Source of the DNA: Octopus vulgaris
Taxonomy: Eukaryota
Reading direction: 5' to 3'
DNA: 64,000 nt
NCBI GenBank assembly: GCA_951406725.2
Contig: OX597827.1
Coordinates: 16,120,001-16,184,000, forward strand
This document shows positions 26,155-37,963 of this stretch, in pieces; the stretch's first letter is position 1; every line of letters starts with the position of its first letter. The notes below the pieces were generated by a model. It did no database searches. It saw only the letters and a list, made by a program, of their open reading frames with translations, and was not told the origin of the DNA. Position numbers and translations under genes: made by a program.

Positions 26155-27321
26155 CTAAACATGGGCATGTTAGATAACGCAGTTCTAGTTGCATTTGGGG
26201 TGGGGTGGGTGCGGGGGGTTGGAGAGGGAGGACAGGGTGGTCATAGGTCTATAGTGCTATGTGACACTCCCTCCTAATTGTTGTCTGGAGTTTCACCTGC
26301 TGCTGAATCTAGTCTGTATTTCCTCATTTCTGTGAGTCATTGTTGTTTGTCAGTCAGCCAGTCATCTTCACTTGTAAATATTATGGCCCGGGGAGAGAGA
26401 AAGGGCAAGCGCTGGAGTGTCCTCCAGTTTTGGCTTGTATAAACATTAGATTGTGTTTTCTCTCGTTGCTGTTCTTACCTTCGTTTGGGCCTTAGATTCA
26501 AAGTTTTTTTATTTTTTTTTATTTTGTGAAGATTAAAAAACATACCATTTTTTTTTTTTTTGGGGAAATGTTAGGCTTTATGATGTAATGCTTGTGTATC
26601 CTGTATATATGTGTGTGTATAACCTGTTACTAATTCTCTATTGTATATGTATTTGTTACACAAACACCAGTTTTTACAACCACTTTTGAATATCCTGTTA
26701 TACACCAAATTCTACCACACACACACACACACTCTCTCTCTCTGTCGCTCGCACACACTTTACATTGTTAGTTTAAGTCCGCTTTGCTTTTCATACTCCA
26801 GGATCAATAAAATAAGTCCTGGTATTGATGTAACTGGCTTGACCTTAAAAGGCAGTGCAATAGCATGGCAACAGCCCAATGGCCAAACCCACTGAATACT
26901 CATACTCAATAAAATTTGTTTTCATTGTGTTTATTACAAAATTTGAATTGTTATTTTAAACTCCTATGTTACTTATGGCCCATCCTATTTAAATTACATT
27001 TTTCCTCATTGTTAATTTGATCTCCAGAGTATTTTTTTTTTTATATAATTCACTATGTTTCAGTTGGTTTAATTTCCAATCACCATGTGTCTGATTCCTT
27101 GATGTGTGTGTAACTCTTATGTTAGATTTAATCCAGAAACTTCTATTGCTTAATTAAAGATAGTTCTTACCCAAGCAGTCACCAGTGTGTACAGTCTGGG
27201 ATTATATCCATATACACATTCAGGAATGAGACTTGATAATGGTTGTAAATGAAACTGATTGAAATATGTGGATCTAAGCATTATAAATATACACTCTAAA
27301 GACAAGGTTAATAGTTAATAT

Positions 27322-27688
27322 GCGCAGGACCATATGGTTCCGGGTTCAGTCCCACTGCGTGGCATCTTGGGCAAGTGTCTTCTGCTATAGCCCCGGGCCG
27401 ACCAATGCCTTGTGAGTGGATTTGGTAGACGGAAACTGAAAGAAGCCTGTCGTATATATGTATATATATATGCGTGTGTGTGTTTGTACCCCTAGCATTG
27501 CTTAACAACCGATGCTGGTGTGTTTACGTCCCCGTCACTTAGCGGTTCGGCAAAAAGAGGCTGATAGAATAAGTACTGGGCTTACAAAGAATAAGTCCCG
27601 GGGTCGAGTTGCTCGACTAAAGGTGGTGCTCCAGCATGGCCGCAGTCAAATGACTGAAACAAGTAAAAGAGTAAACGAGTAAAAGAGA
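27322..27688 (+). mobile_element. SINE family 1 flanked by a ~106-bp direct duplication
   Basis: Head has an internal deletion; flanks 27210-27315 and 27689-27795 are duplicated. Confidence 0.92.
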
Positions 27689-27991
27689 ATATACACATTC
27701 AGGAATGAGACTTGATAATGGTTGTAAATGAAACTGATTGAAATATTCGGATCTATGCATTATAAATATACAACTCTAAAGACAAGGTTAATAGTATGAA
27801 CAACATGTATTTGAAGGAAGAATAAGGGACCGGGTAGGTAGGCGGACTGTTAACCCTACTCATTTTGGCAGTCTGTCTCCCTATTCTTTCATTCTCCTTC
27901 CCAAGCAATCTTGCCAACTGATTATTCTTCAACCACCTTGTGCCTTGTGGGGTCACCTAAGCACCTCATTACCTATTTCTTTACTACCCAC

Positions 27992-28200
27992 ATTGGTTGT
28001 CAAGCGATGTTGGGGAGACAAACACACATACATATATACGACGGGCTTCTTTCAGTTTCCGTCTACCAAATCCACTCACAAGGCTTTGGTCGGCCCGAGG
28101 CTATAGTAGAAGACACTTGCCCAAGGTGCCATGCAGTGGTACTGAACCCGGAACCATGTGGTTGGTTAGCAAGCTACTTACCACACAGCCAATCCTACGA
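27992..28200 (-). mobile_element. SINE family 1, 5' half
   Basis: Partial reverse copy abutting a ~20-nt SINE3 tail. Confidence 0.85.
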
Positions 28201-28645
28201 CTATGCAGATAAGAAAAATTTCAAAGAATTGTATAAAATACAAATGCTCACTCTGTGTGTATGTATATTTGTGTATACACCATAAGTATGCACGCACATG
28301 TATGTTTATATGTGTACATGTTTACATTCCTGTGTAGATGTGTAATATATAGTTTATAGATTAGAGACGGGTATTCTCCGTAGAGAATTCACTTTGTAGT
28401 GCTCAAGAGATTTAAACTTGAGCAGGTAGAGGAGTAAAGGTAAGGACAAGCAAGTTCGGCAAGATGATATACAAAAAATATTAAATAAATTTAATATAAA
28501 AAATGTGTTTGCATATAAAAAAAGGTCTGATTTACACAGAATAGAAATGATGTCAGGAATTAAAGGGGTTGAATAATTTAATTCCTGATATTTCTATTCT
28601 GTGTAAGTTGGACCATTTTATGTGTAAACATTCAATATTTCTAAT

Positions 28646-28982
28646 TTTGGTGATCAGTAAATAAATTTTACTGAAAATAGGATATATTTGCGAAGAGGTT
28701 GCAGTCATCTCAGCGAGCGAGACTGGTTACCCTGGACTGACGACGAGCAATAGACTCAGAAACCTATGTCTTCAGGTGCCTTGTCCCGGCTTGCAGGGGG
28801 TGATTGCCTCCCCTTTGCAAATATAAGGACACAGAAAATGTATCATAGCCGACAGGAGACGTCGATGTTTCCTAGGGCTAAATGGCGGTGGTGTAATTCC
28901 CTTACGGGACTGTCACATTGAGTTGACCGTATACGACCACTATACTGCTCCACCACCGCTCATGTCTCTGAGACATTTAGAA
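28646..28982 (+). mobile_element. 337-bp structured non-coding retroposed insertion carrying a hammerhead ribozyme (retrozyme-like)
   Basis: Flanked by a perfect 16-bp direct repeat ATTCAATATTTCTAAT (28630-28645, 28983-28998). GC- and CpG-richer than the flanks, extensive internal pairing, no ORF. Confidence 0.8.
28731..28776 (+). ncRNA. type I hammerhead ribozyme motif
   Basis: Stem I CCUGGA/UUCAGG; core CUGACGA (28737-28743); stem II GAG/CUC (closing pair is a C-A mismatch); GAAA (28759-28762); stem III AC-CUAU-GU; GUC cleavage triplet 28768-28770. Confidence 0.8.
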
Positions 28983-29470
28983 ATTCAATATTTCTAATAA
29001 CATGTATTTAATATTTTTTGTATATCTATTTACATGTATGGGTGTGCATGTGAATACATAATTGGTTGGCTGTCTTCATATTGTTTTGTGTGTATACCAT
29101 ATGTATATACATGGTATACTGTGATGTGCGTTTTGTAATGCATCATTCTGTACACCAGTTACTCTGAGTACCTTGTGTAACAGTACACTGTGTTGCAGCT
29201 GTATATTCATCCTTAAACCAATCTTGTAGTGCATTTAGCAGAGTCCATTCCATTGTAAGCATTTGAGTGAGTGTTCGTTGGTTTGAGCACTGCCTCTTTC
29301 CACCAATCTTAGTTGCTTCCAAAAATGGCCATGGTTTGTTGTTTCTCATCTTCTCAACCAGTGGTTTTCAATCTTTTGGATTTCACTATGCTCTTCTAAC
29401 CCCTCCCATTTTGGAAAAAAAAAACAGATGTAAAAATGAATAAAATTAACGAACTTTGCATGGAAAATTT

Positions 29471-29472
<2 letters not shown>

Positions 29473-29516
<44 letters not shown>

Positions 29517-29668
29517 CTTCTTTCAGTCTCCGTCTGCCAAATCCATTCACAAGGCTTTGGTCGGCCCAAGGCTATAGAAGACACTTGCCCAAGGTGCCAC
29601 GCAGTGAGACTGAGCCCGGAACCATGTGGTTGGTAAGCAAGCTACTTACCACACAGCCACTCCTGCGC
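29473..29668 (-). mobile_element. SINE family 1, 5' half
   Basis: Head plus (CA)n; tail missing. Confidence 0.85.
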
Positions 29669-30677
29669 CATTATATATGTATATATAATATATAAAACTA
29701 TTGCGTACATTGTTTTATTAACCATTCTTGTGACTCTTACGAATATTGTCCTGAGATGCTCACGCTTCAGCATGGGTTTTCCAAAGTCCTTAAAATTCTA
29801 TTTTGGAAAATCTGTAGTAGTCACACTCAGATTGCCCTTGAAGTACACCATTGTACTGTGGAGTGCTGTTTGAGGGCCCTTGCTCTAAGCCATAGTAAAA
29901 TGGAATCCACACACTCGTGCACACATTCACACTCATTCATGCACTGACATATTTGAGCGTTTACTCACTCATTTACACCATTTACTCGTGTTCACTCGCA
30001 CGCTCTTCCGTTTACACTCCTTACATAAACACTTTCACAGAGGCATGTATTTACTTATCACCATGAAATTTTACACCTCATCATGTACCTTATCACCATG
30101 AAATTTTACACCTCATGTCCCCACCCTGCTCTGAATATGATCATATCACATGCACGTCATATTTATATATATATATGCACACATTCCTGCTACATTTATG
30201 CACATGCATATTCATGTTTACACTCACATAAATTCCCACACGCAAACATATGTAGAGAATCCGAATGGAATGAAAGAGGTAATTTAAAACCAGTTTGGTC
30301 TCATCATTGACTTCCTTAATTGAGAACAAGTTAAAAATTGATGGTTGAACCAATAAAAATGCAGAGATTTTTCTGGTGCTGTTGTCTACTATATTGAAAT
30401 GTTTAAATGTTTTAGTTAGCCTGCCCCTTGGTCTGTGATGACTGAGCTTGACAGCAGTTGTAAGGTAGATGATACAGGGTAAGTGCAGTTCATCTCGGTA
30501 TGAGGCTGGCTACTTGTAAATTGTTTTGCGTTGCTCTTATCCACCCCCCTCCACCACCATACCTTTATCTCTCCTCCTCCCTCTTTCTCTCTGTTGCTCT
30601 CTCTCTCTCTCTCTCTCTCTCTAACGGAAAATAAGGCTGGAGAAGAAATGCCTGTCGCAAAGTGTGTTTCGTAAAAG

Positions 30678-30761
30678 ATGGAAGTCTATAGCAAGTATGT
30701 TGCGAGTGAAAGAACCTGTTTAATCGAGAATGTAAAAAAGGGAGAAAGCAAAGTCTTCAGT
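30678..30761 (+). CDS. candidate (alternative) first coding exon of beta-TrCP, MEVYSKYVASERTCLIENVKKGESKVFS
   Basis: ATG in good context (aagATGg), 28 open codons, then GTGAGT donor at 30762 in phase 0, matching the phase-0 acceptor at 34981. Non-repetitive sequence downstream of a (CT)n tract. No recognisable homology. Confidence 0.5.
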
Positions 30762-30829
30762 GTGAGTATGTTGTGGTTTGTGGGGTCAACCGCGTCCTCC
30801 GCTTCATTTTTTGTTATTCACTCATTCTC

Positions 30830-31230
30830 ATTTACTTATTTCAGTCATTTGACTGCGGCCATGCTGGAGCACCGCCTTTAATCGAGCAAATCGACCCCGG
30901 GACTTATTTTTTGTAAGCCCAGTACTTATTCTATCGGTCTCTTTTTTTGCCGAACTGCTAAGTGACGGGGACGTAAACACACCAGCATTGGTTGTCAAGC
31001 AATGCTAGGGGGACAAACACAGACACACAAACATATACATACACATACATATATATATATATATATATACATATATATGATGGGCTTCTTTCAGTTTCCG
31101 TCTACCAAATCCACTCACAAGGCATTGGTCGGCCTGGGGCTATAGCAGAAGACACTTGCCCAAGATGCCACGCAGTGGGACTGAACCCGGAACCATGTGG
31201 TTGGTTAGCAAGCTACTTACCACACAGCCA
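30830..31230 (-). mobile_element. SINE family 1
   Basis: Near full-length reverse copy. Confidence 0.92.
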
Positions 31231-31402
31231 TATTTTAACTGTTTGTTTATTCATACGTTTCGTCTCATTCGATACCCTGACCCCCAACGTTTGTTTTGTC
31301 CCCTCTTTTTCTCAACCTTATGGTGAATAAAGAAATACTCTCTCTCTCTCTCTCTCTCTCTGCATTGAGCATTTTATGGTGTTGTATGGAGAAGCTGTAT
31401 GT

Positions 31403-31600
31403 GCATCATCATCATCATCATTTAACGTCCTCTTTCTATGCTGGCATGGGTTTGACGATTTGACTGGGAACTGGCTAGCAGGGAGCTGTCCAGATTCTGT
31501 TGTGGTGTGGTTTCTACAGCTGGATGCCCTTCCTAACGCCAGGCTGCGCTGGGTGCTTTTTGCATGCCACTGGCATGGGTGCATTTATGTAGCATTGGCA
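31403..31600 (-). mobile_element. retroposon family 2, diverged
   Basis: (CAT)n followed by the reverse body. Confidence 0.78.
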
Positions 31601-32319
31601 TGGGTACGATAGCACATGTGTATGCATATCTTGTGGAAATAACTGTAGCATCAATTATAAGATGCTTCAGTTCCTGATGAGCCCCTTCCTTAATCCTATA
31701 AATTGTGAGGGAAATTTCCTTAGGGAAGTATTCTGAATACAAAATATAAATACAATTAATGTTGTGAGTTGAAAAAACAGTAATCAATTGGGATTAACTA
31801 TATTTGGAGACAAAATATGCATATTTTTTGCTAAAGAGGTCTAATAATGCTGAAACATATCTGCTTTCACCAGTTGGCTTAAAGATCAGATTTATCTTGT
31901 ATTTTCTACATTTTCAAAATATCAAGTTAGTTACCCCCTTGCCTGTTTTTTTTTGTTTTTTTTTAACAGATTAACCCTGCAGAATCACTGCAGATTATAG
32001 GTGTTTCCGACACACTATATTAAATGTGAGAGCTTATCTTAATCCTTTCGACTTGAGTAGTTGTTCCAGCCATGACAACACTGTCTTTTATTCAGCTAGT
32101 GTGCTTTGTGCTACTTTAATGTCCTTCCTTTTTTTTTTTTTAAAGACAGTCGTGTGTGATTTGAGAGATTTTATTGCTATTTCTGGCAAATTGACAGACT
32201 GTTCAGAGCCCCCTTCATCTTTTAATGTTGATAGTTTTATTTATTTATTCGAGAATATACAAAAGCTCTTTCATTTAATATTTAGAGTTTAAATGTTAAA
32301 TTGAAGTTATTGTTTTATT

Positions 32320-32671
32320 TGTTTCGGTCATTTGACTGCAGCCATTCTGGAGCACTGCCTTGAAGGGTTTAGTTCAACAAATTGACCGCAGGAGTTAAGC
32401 CTATCAGCAGTCTCTTTTGCTGAACTGTTAAGTTACAGGGTCATAAACACACCAACACCAGCTGTCAGGCAGCGATGGAAGGACAGACAGACAGACACAC
32501 ACATATATGATGGGCTTCTTTCAGTTTCCATCTACCAAGTCCATTCACAAAACTTTGGTTGGCTTGAAACTATAGTAGAAGACACTTGCCCAAGGTGCCA
32601 TGTAGTGGGACTGAACCCAGAACCATGTAGTTGGGAAGCAAGCTTCTTACCACACAGCTATGCCTGTGCCT
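32320..32671 (-). mobile_element. SINE family 1, older subfamily
   Basis: Diverged collinear reverse copy. Confidence 0.8.
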
Positions 32672-32993
32672 ATTAGTATAAATAATAGAACATTTATCTA
32701 TTGAAAATCTCAGTACTGAGAATGGGGTCAGATTTATTATAAAGTTAATTTTGACTGAAACTTCACTGCTTAGCATTTGGATTTTTGTTAAATGCTGTGC
32801 TTATTTATCTACATTGTTTTGTATTAATCCTGCATTATCTTGTGGTATCGAGATTTTGATAACGTGATTATTTTTAGAATGACATTGTAGAGCGTGCGTG
32901 AGAGGCTAGATCTGGCTGGCTTGGGCATAAAACAGGTAGACTGTTTAGGTTGGATACGATCAGTTTAAATGCTAAAGGGTTTAAGACCCTGTC

Positions 32994-33227
32994 TTAAGGC
33001 GGCGAGCTGGCAGAAACGTTAGCACACCGGGCGAAATGCTTAGCGGTATTTCGTCTGTGTTACGTTGTGAGTTCAAATTCCGCCGAGGTCGACTTTGCCT
33101 TTCATCCTTTCGGGGTCGATAAATTAAGTACCAGTTACGCACTGGGGTCGATGTAATCGACTTAATACCTATGTCTGTCCTTGTTTGTCCCCTCTGTGTT
33201 TAGCCCCTTGTGGGTAATAAAGAAATA
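32994..33227 (+). mobile_element. SINE family 3
   Basis: Perfect 16-bp TSD GGTTTAAGACCCTGTC (32978-32993, 33228-33243). Confidence 0.95.
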
Positions 33228-33734
33228 GGTTTAAGACCCTGTCAACACAAATGTTTTTTGTGTTTAATGATGTTTCCTTGACATTAATGTTTCCTTGACA
33301 CCTCTCGCTCATAATGACTTTATATTTTGGCAGAATTCCTTATTTTTCTTAGATTTTATACCTCTTAACCATGATCAAGGAAGATCTGGAGAGAATTATC
33401 TAACCTCATTTTCCTGGAATGTAGCACAAGTGAAACCAAAGCCTTGGTTTTTGGATGACATAGAGAGACAGTGCAGTTCAGTACTGTTAATATTACTACC
33501 AGTTAAGTTCTTGAAAGCCAATGAAACAGATTTGAAGGAAATATCAGAGGCTTAACGATAAGTTCAACACCTCAGGAATGCCTTATTGCTGTAATTATTT
33601 AGTTGCTGATATGTGCATCACATCTCTCTGCACATATTGGTATCATTGTCACTGTAGGTCTCTATCTTTATATAAGGCATGTTACCTCTGATATGTACAA
33701 CCTTCCGTCTTAGGCCAGTGTGGGGAAACCTTTA

Positions 33735-33910
33735 TATGGCCACTCAACCTGCTAGAAATAGCTACCAAATCTCTACTCTCTTACCATTTTGAAAATAGAA
33801 ACATTGAACAGTGGTGTAATCCTTGATGTATGAAACAACTGTATGGTCATAGCTGCAATGCCTTTGATCATAGGTCTGTTTGTTTAGGGTTCACTTAAGG
33901 ATAAACAACT
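33735..33910 (+). repeat. old dispersed repeat (representative copy)
   Basis: Motifs CTGCTAGAAATAGC.GCCAAATCTC..GGAATGCCTTTGATCATAGGTCTG recur, diverged, near 7950, 8390, 10820, 12400, 18990, 25360, 32150, 34700, 43195 and 55270. Confidence 0.65.
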
Positions 33911-34359
33911 CCTTCAGCCTCTTCTCCCAGCTGAAAGTCCTCCACCTTCACAGCCATGCAGTATCTGCTCTGTTTCCCTCTGATAGTCTTCTCCAGTCTC
34001 TGCTTGTTCTCTACCATCACTGTGATTGTTTATCAAGTCCTTCTAAATCCCCGACCTTCATTGTCATATAATTATACATCCAATAAGTGTATACTACACA
34101 GTTGCCATAATCCTCGCAGGCTGTCTACTTTAATTTCTATGTGTTTCACTGCTACATGGTAACATGTCTTTGCTGAAAGAATCCATTTTGTTGTTGTTGT
34201 CAACACGGACTGGGCTTCTCTTAACACTGGAATTCATTATAATCTGGGTTTTTTTTGTTTGTTTTTAGATTCTTTTATTTGAGGTGGGGTATTTTATCCC
34301 TAGCAAAATAAGTTTATGAATAAAAATATAGTTACCATTAAGTTTTAATAAAAACTGGC

Positions 34360-34626
34360 GACCGACCCGACTGGCCTCCGTGCCGGTGGCATGTAAAAAG
34401 CACCATCCGATCGTGGCCGTTGCCAGCCTCGTCTGGCACCTGTGCCGGTGGCACGTAAAAAGCACCCACTACACTCGCGGAGTGGTTGGCGTTAGGAAGG
34501 GCATCAAGCTGTAGAAACACTGCCAGATCAGACTGGGCCTGGTGCAACCTTCTGGCTTCCCAGATCCCGGTCGAACCATCCAACCCATGCTAGCATGGAA
34601 AGCGGATGTTAAACGATGATGATGAT
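34360..34626 (+). mobile_element. retroposon family 2 (2 modules)
   Basis: As above. Confidence 0.88.
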
Positions 34627-34980
34627 ATTAACCAGATACAAAAATAAAGTATATAAAAATATAGTTACCATTCAGTTAATCTTGATCCAAATAACTTATC
34701 AAAGCCATTCTAGTTGTGACTGTTTCAGCTTTGTTAGGATTATCAAGGATTGCTTCACCCAAAGAACATATTGTATGGTGTGATTTAAGGATTTGTTCAC
34801 TATTTTTCGTAGGTTGAGCAGTGATATAGAAGCTCTATCATTGGCTCATTAAAATACCAGTAATACCTTGCATTAAATAAAACCCATTATCACAATCTTA
34901 TTCTTTAAAAATTGTTCTTGTAGCTAACGAAAAATATATTTTACTGAAATGCTTTTTTTTTTTCTCTTTTCTGGTTATAG

Positions 34981-35209
34981 GTCGAAAGTGCTGCAAATGT
35001 TGAAAGTATTTCCAAGAAAACACAAGAGCCCTCCTCACAATACTTAAAAGACCGTGATATCTGTTTAGCATACTTTGAACAGTGGTGTGAACATGACCAG
35101 GTGGAATTTGTACAGCTGCTCTGTTCCCGCATGTGTCATTATCAACATGGTCAGATCAACACATTCCTTAAACCTATGTTGCAGAGAGATTTTATTTCGG
35201 CCTTACCTG
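34981..35209 (+). CDS. BTRC: beta-TrCP exon, D (dimerisation) domain
   Basis: Polypyrimidine tract + TAG at 34980. Translates [76 protein letters not shown], matching the beta-TrCP motif DQVEFV...[25 protein letters not shown] donor at 35210, phase 1. Confidence 0.95.
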
Positions 35210-35487
35210 GTCAGTATTTTGCTTCCGGATGGGAGACCTTCCTCTGGAAATTTTTGGTTTTTTTTTTCAAAATTTTTAAGTTTTTAAAATTTCTCTAAGG
35301 GTCCTTATTTTCAATTATGTACATTTAAAAAAAAAAAAAAAAAAAGAAAAAATGTCATTCACCATATCTTAACCACATAAATATTTGTAGTTTTGGTTAC
35401 CAAATCTTAATCGTTAAGGTATTTAATACAATGCTATACACAGTCATCAGTCAACTAGTCATTTCCCACTGTTGAATAAAAATTATC

Positions 35488-35909
35488 GGATCTTTTCGGT
35501 TTGAACGGCAGTTTTTTCTAGCAGTGTCATATGAAATTGTCACCCATAATTATGACCCTAGTATTGGTTTATTGCATTTCAATCTGTTTTAGGGTTTGGG
35601 TTAGTTAGGGGTGGGGGAAGGGTATCTTTTTTTTCTTCACAAATGTAAATAAACCCAATCTGTTTCTTAAACGAGGGACATATTCATACGGCACAGAATG
35701 TTTTTTTTACCTCAATGGACGTCAGTGATTGGTTGAAATTGCAGAAATTGAAAAAAACAAAACAAATATCTTACAAACTATAGAATTTTCTCAATAAAGC
35801 CAAGAGAAAAAGATGTTTTATAAACACATTCTACCAGTATACGAAGTTTAAAAGTGTTTAGTTACGTGGAAATTATTTTAAAAAACTGCCGTTCAAACCG
35901 AAGAGATCC
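35488..35909. mobile_element. MITE family A
   Basis: Same TIRs and body; TSD AAATTATC/AAATTATT. Confidence 0.92.
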
Positions 35910-36374
35910 AAATTATTTCCTTATCTGTCTCTGTTTCCTACTTTTGTAATAGTTTTAGTTCTTGAGTACTTCCAGACATTGGTAATGTTGGTAAATATAC
36001 TTGGCCAGTGCCCTGTAGCCTATATAGCATAGTTTGCCAAGACCTAGGGCTGCTGTTGGACTTTGGCTTAATTTAGCTGGTCCAACAAGAATGGTTGTTA
36101 AAATTATTGGGGTTTTAGAAATGATTTAAGAAATTCAGGGCTCTACTGTATGACACCAATCTATTGTATGTTGGCATAGATCAGCTTTTAAATCGATACT
36201 AGTATTTGATTACTACTTTGAGTTGACTGACACCCTCTCTGAACCACAGGAGGAAGCAAAGCAGTGTCAACATTTGTGGGATTTGAAGAGAAAATGAACA
36301 GAGAAAGAAGAAAAAAAACAAACTGCAAACTATTTAGTTCAATGTTCAAATCATTCTGTTGACTACCATTCCGC

Positions 36375-36657
36375 ATCATCATCATTGTTTAACGTCCGCT
36401 TTTCATGCTAGCATGGGTTGGACGGTTCGACCGGGGTCTGGTAAGCCATGGAGGCTGCACCAAACTCTAGTCTGATCTGGCAGTGTTTCTACAGCTGGAT
36501 GCCCTTCCTAATGCCAACCACTCAGTGAGTGTAGTGGGTGCTATTTACATGCCAGGCAAGGCTGGAAACGGCCACGATCTGTTGGTGCTTTTTACGTGCC
36601 ACCGGCACGGAAGCCAGTCAGGGCGGTGCTGGCACCGGCCACGGTCAGATGGTGCTT
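36375..36657 (-). mobile_element. retroposon family 2
   Basis: Reverse copy. Confidence 0.88.
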
Positions 36658-36787
36658 GAATCAAAGACTATGTAGCTAGAATGCCTTTGATCCCAAGTTC
36701 ACCCTATCGTGGTTGATCAATGGTTTGACAACAGCACCAACAGAAATACATAGCTTAACCCTTACAGAGATCTTCCTAAATAACTAT

Positions 36788-36993
36788 TACTCTTTTACTA
36801 TTCTTTTACTTGTTTCAGTCATTTGACTGTGGCCATGCTGGAGCACTGCCTTTAGTCGAGCAAATCGACCCCGGGACTTATTCTTTGTAAGCCCAGTACT
36901 TATTCTATCGGTCTCTTTTGCCGAACCGCTAAGTGACGGGGACGTAGACACACCAGCATCGGTTGTCAAGCAATGCTAGGGGGATAAACACAA

Positions 36994-37024
<31 letters not shown>

Positions 37025-37187
37025 CAACAGGCTTCTTTCAGCTTCCGTCTACCAAATCCACTTACAAGGTATTGGTCGGCCCAGGGCTATAGCAGAAGAC
37101 ACTTGCCCAAGATGCCACGCAGTGGGACTGAACCCGGAACAATGTGGTTGGTTAGCAAGCTACTTACCACACAGCCACTCCTGCGCC
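36788..37187 (-). mobile_element. SINE family 1
   Basis: Full-length reverse copy about 150 nt upstream of the F-box exon. Confidence 0.92.
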
Positions 37188-37333
37188 TATTGTCTTTTTT
37201 TTTTTTTTTTTTTTTTCTAATCTTGTAGCAATAGCTTTCTTCTGGGCGTTTTTGTATTATTACCCAACTGTCTTTTTTTTTCTAAAAGACCATTGTTGCT
37301 ATGTTCAGTGTTTATGTTTGCTTGTTTGTTTAG

Positions 37334-37520
37334 GCAAAGGACTCGATCACATAGCAGAAAACATTCTCACATATTTGGATGCGAAGAGTTTATGTTCGGC
37401 AGAACTTGTTTGTAAAGAATGGTACCGAGTTATATCTGAAGGTATGTTATGGAAGAAATTAATTGAAAGAATGGTACGGACAGACACACTGTGGAGAGGC
37501 TTGGCTGAAAGACGAGGCTG
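37334..37520 (+). CDS. BTRC: beta-TrCP exon, F-box domain
   Basis: TAG acceptor at 37333. (G)[62 protein letters not shown] is near-identical to the beta-TrCP/FBXW11/slimb F-box. GTGAGT donor at 37521, phase 2. Confidence 0.98.
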
Positions 37521-37769
37521 GTGAGTAAACCATCTTTTTGCTCTCTTGACATTTCTTCCTTCACACTTAACGCTATGTTCTTCATGCAGTAGGCAACCCT
37601 GGGACATGTTCCCCATGTCATTACTTTCTTCTGTTAAATCTCCTTTTCTGTAGTCAACTCGTTCTTTCCCTACCCCTTAGCTCTTTCTCTTTTTCTCTCT
37701 TTCTGTAATTTACTTCTTTCTTTCTCTCTTTGTATTTGTATTTGACTCACACTCTTCTTTCTGTTTCAC

Positions 37770-37963
<194 letters not shown>

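Larger units (their letters stand above)
28466..29026. repeat. AT-rich fold-back (palindromic) element interrupted by the hammerhead insertion
   Basis: Arms GATATACAAAAAATATTAAATA / TATTTAATATTTTTTGTATATC and TTACACAGAATAGAAAT..TCAGGAATTAAA / TTTAATTCCTGA..ATTTCTATTCTGTGTAA. Confidence 0.7.

Noticed and set aside
26383-26442. Short ORF MARGERKGKRWSVLQFWLV in non-repetitive sequence, as a possible exon
   Set aside because: Ends in a stop, has no convincing donor and no recognisable homology.
31666-31740. Hammerhead at CUGAUGA (31674)...GAAAUUUCCUUAGGGAAGUA
   Set aside because: Stem III pairs, but the core-closing pairs of stems I and II fail; at best a decayed relic.
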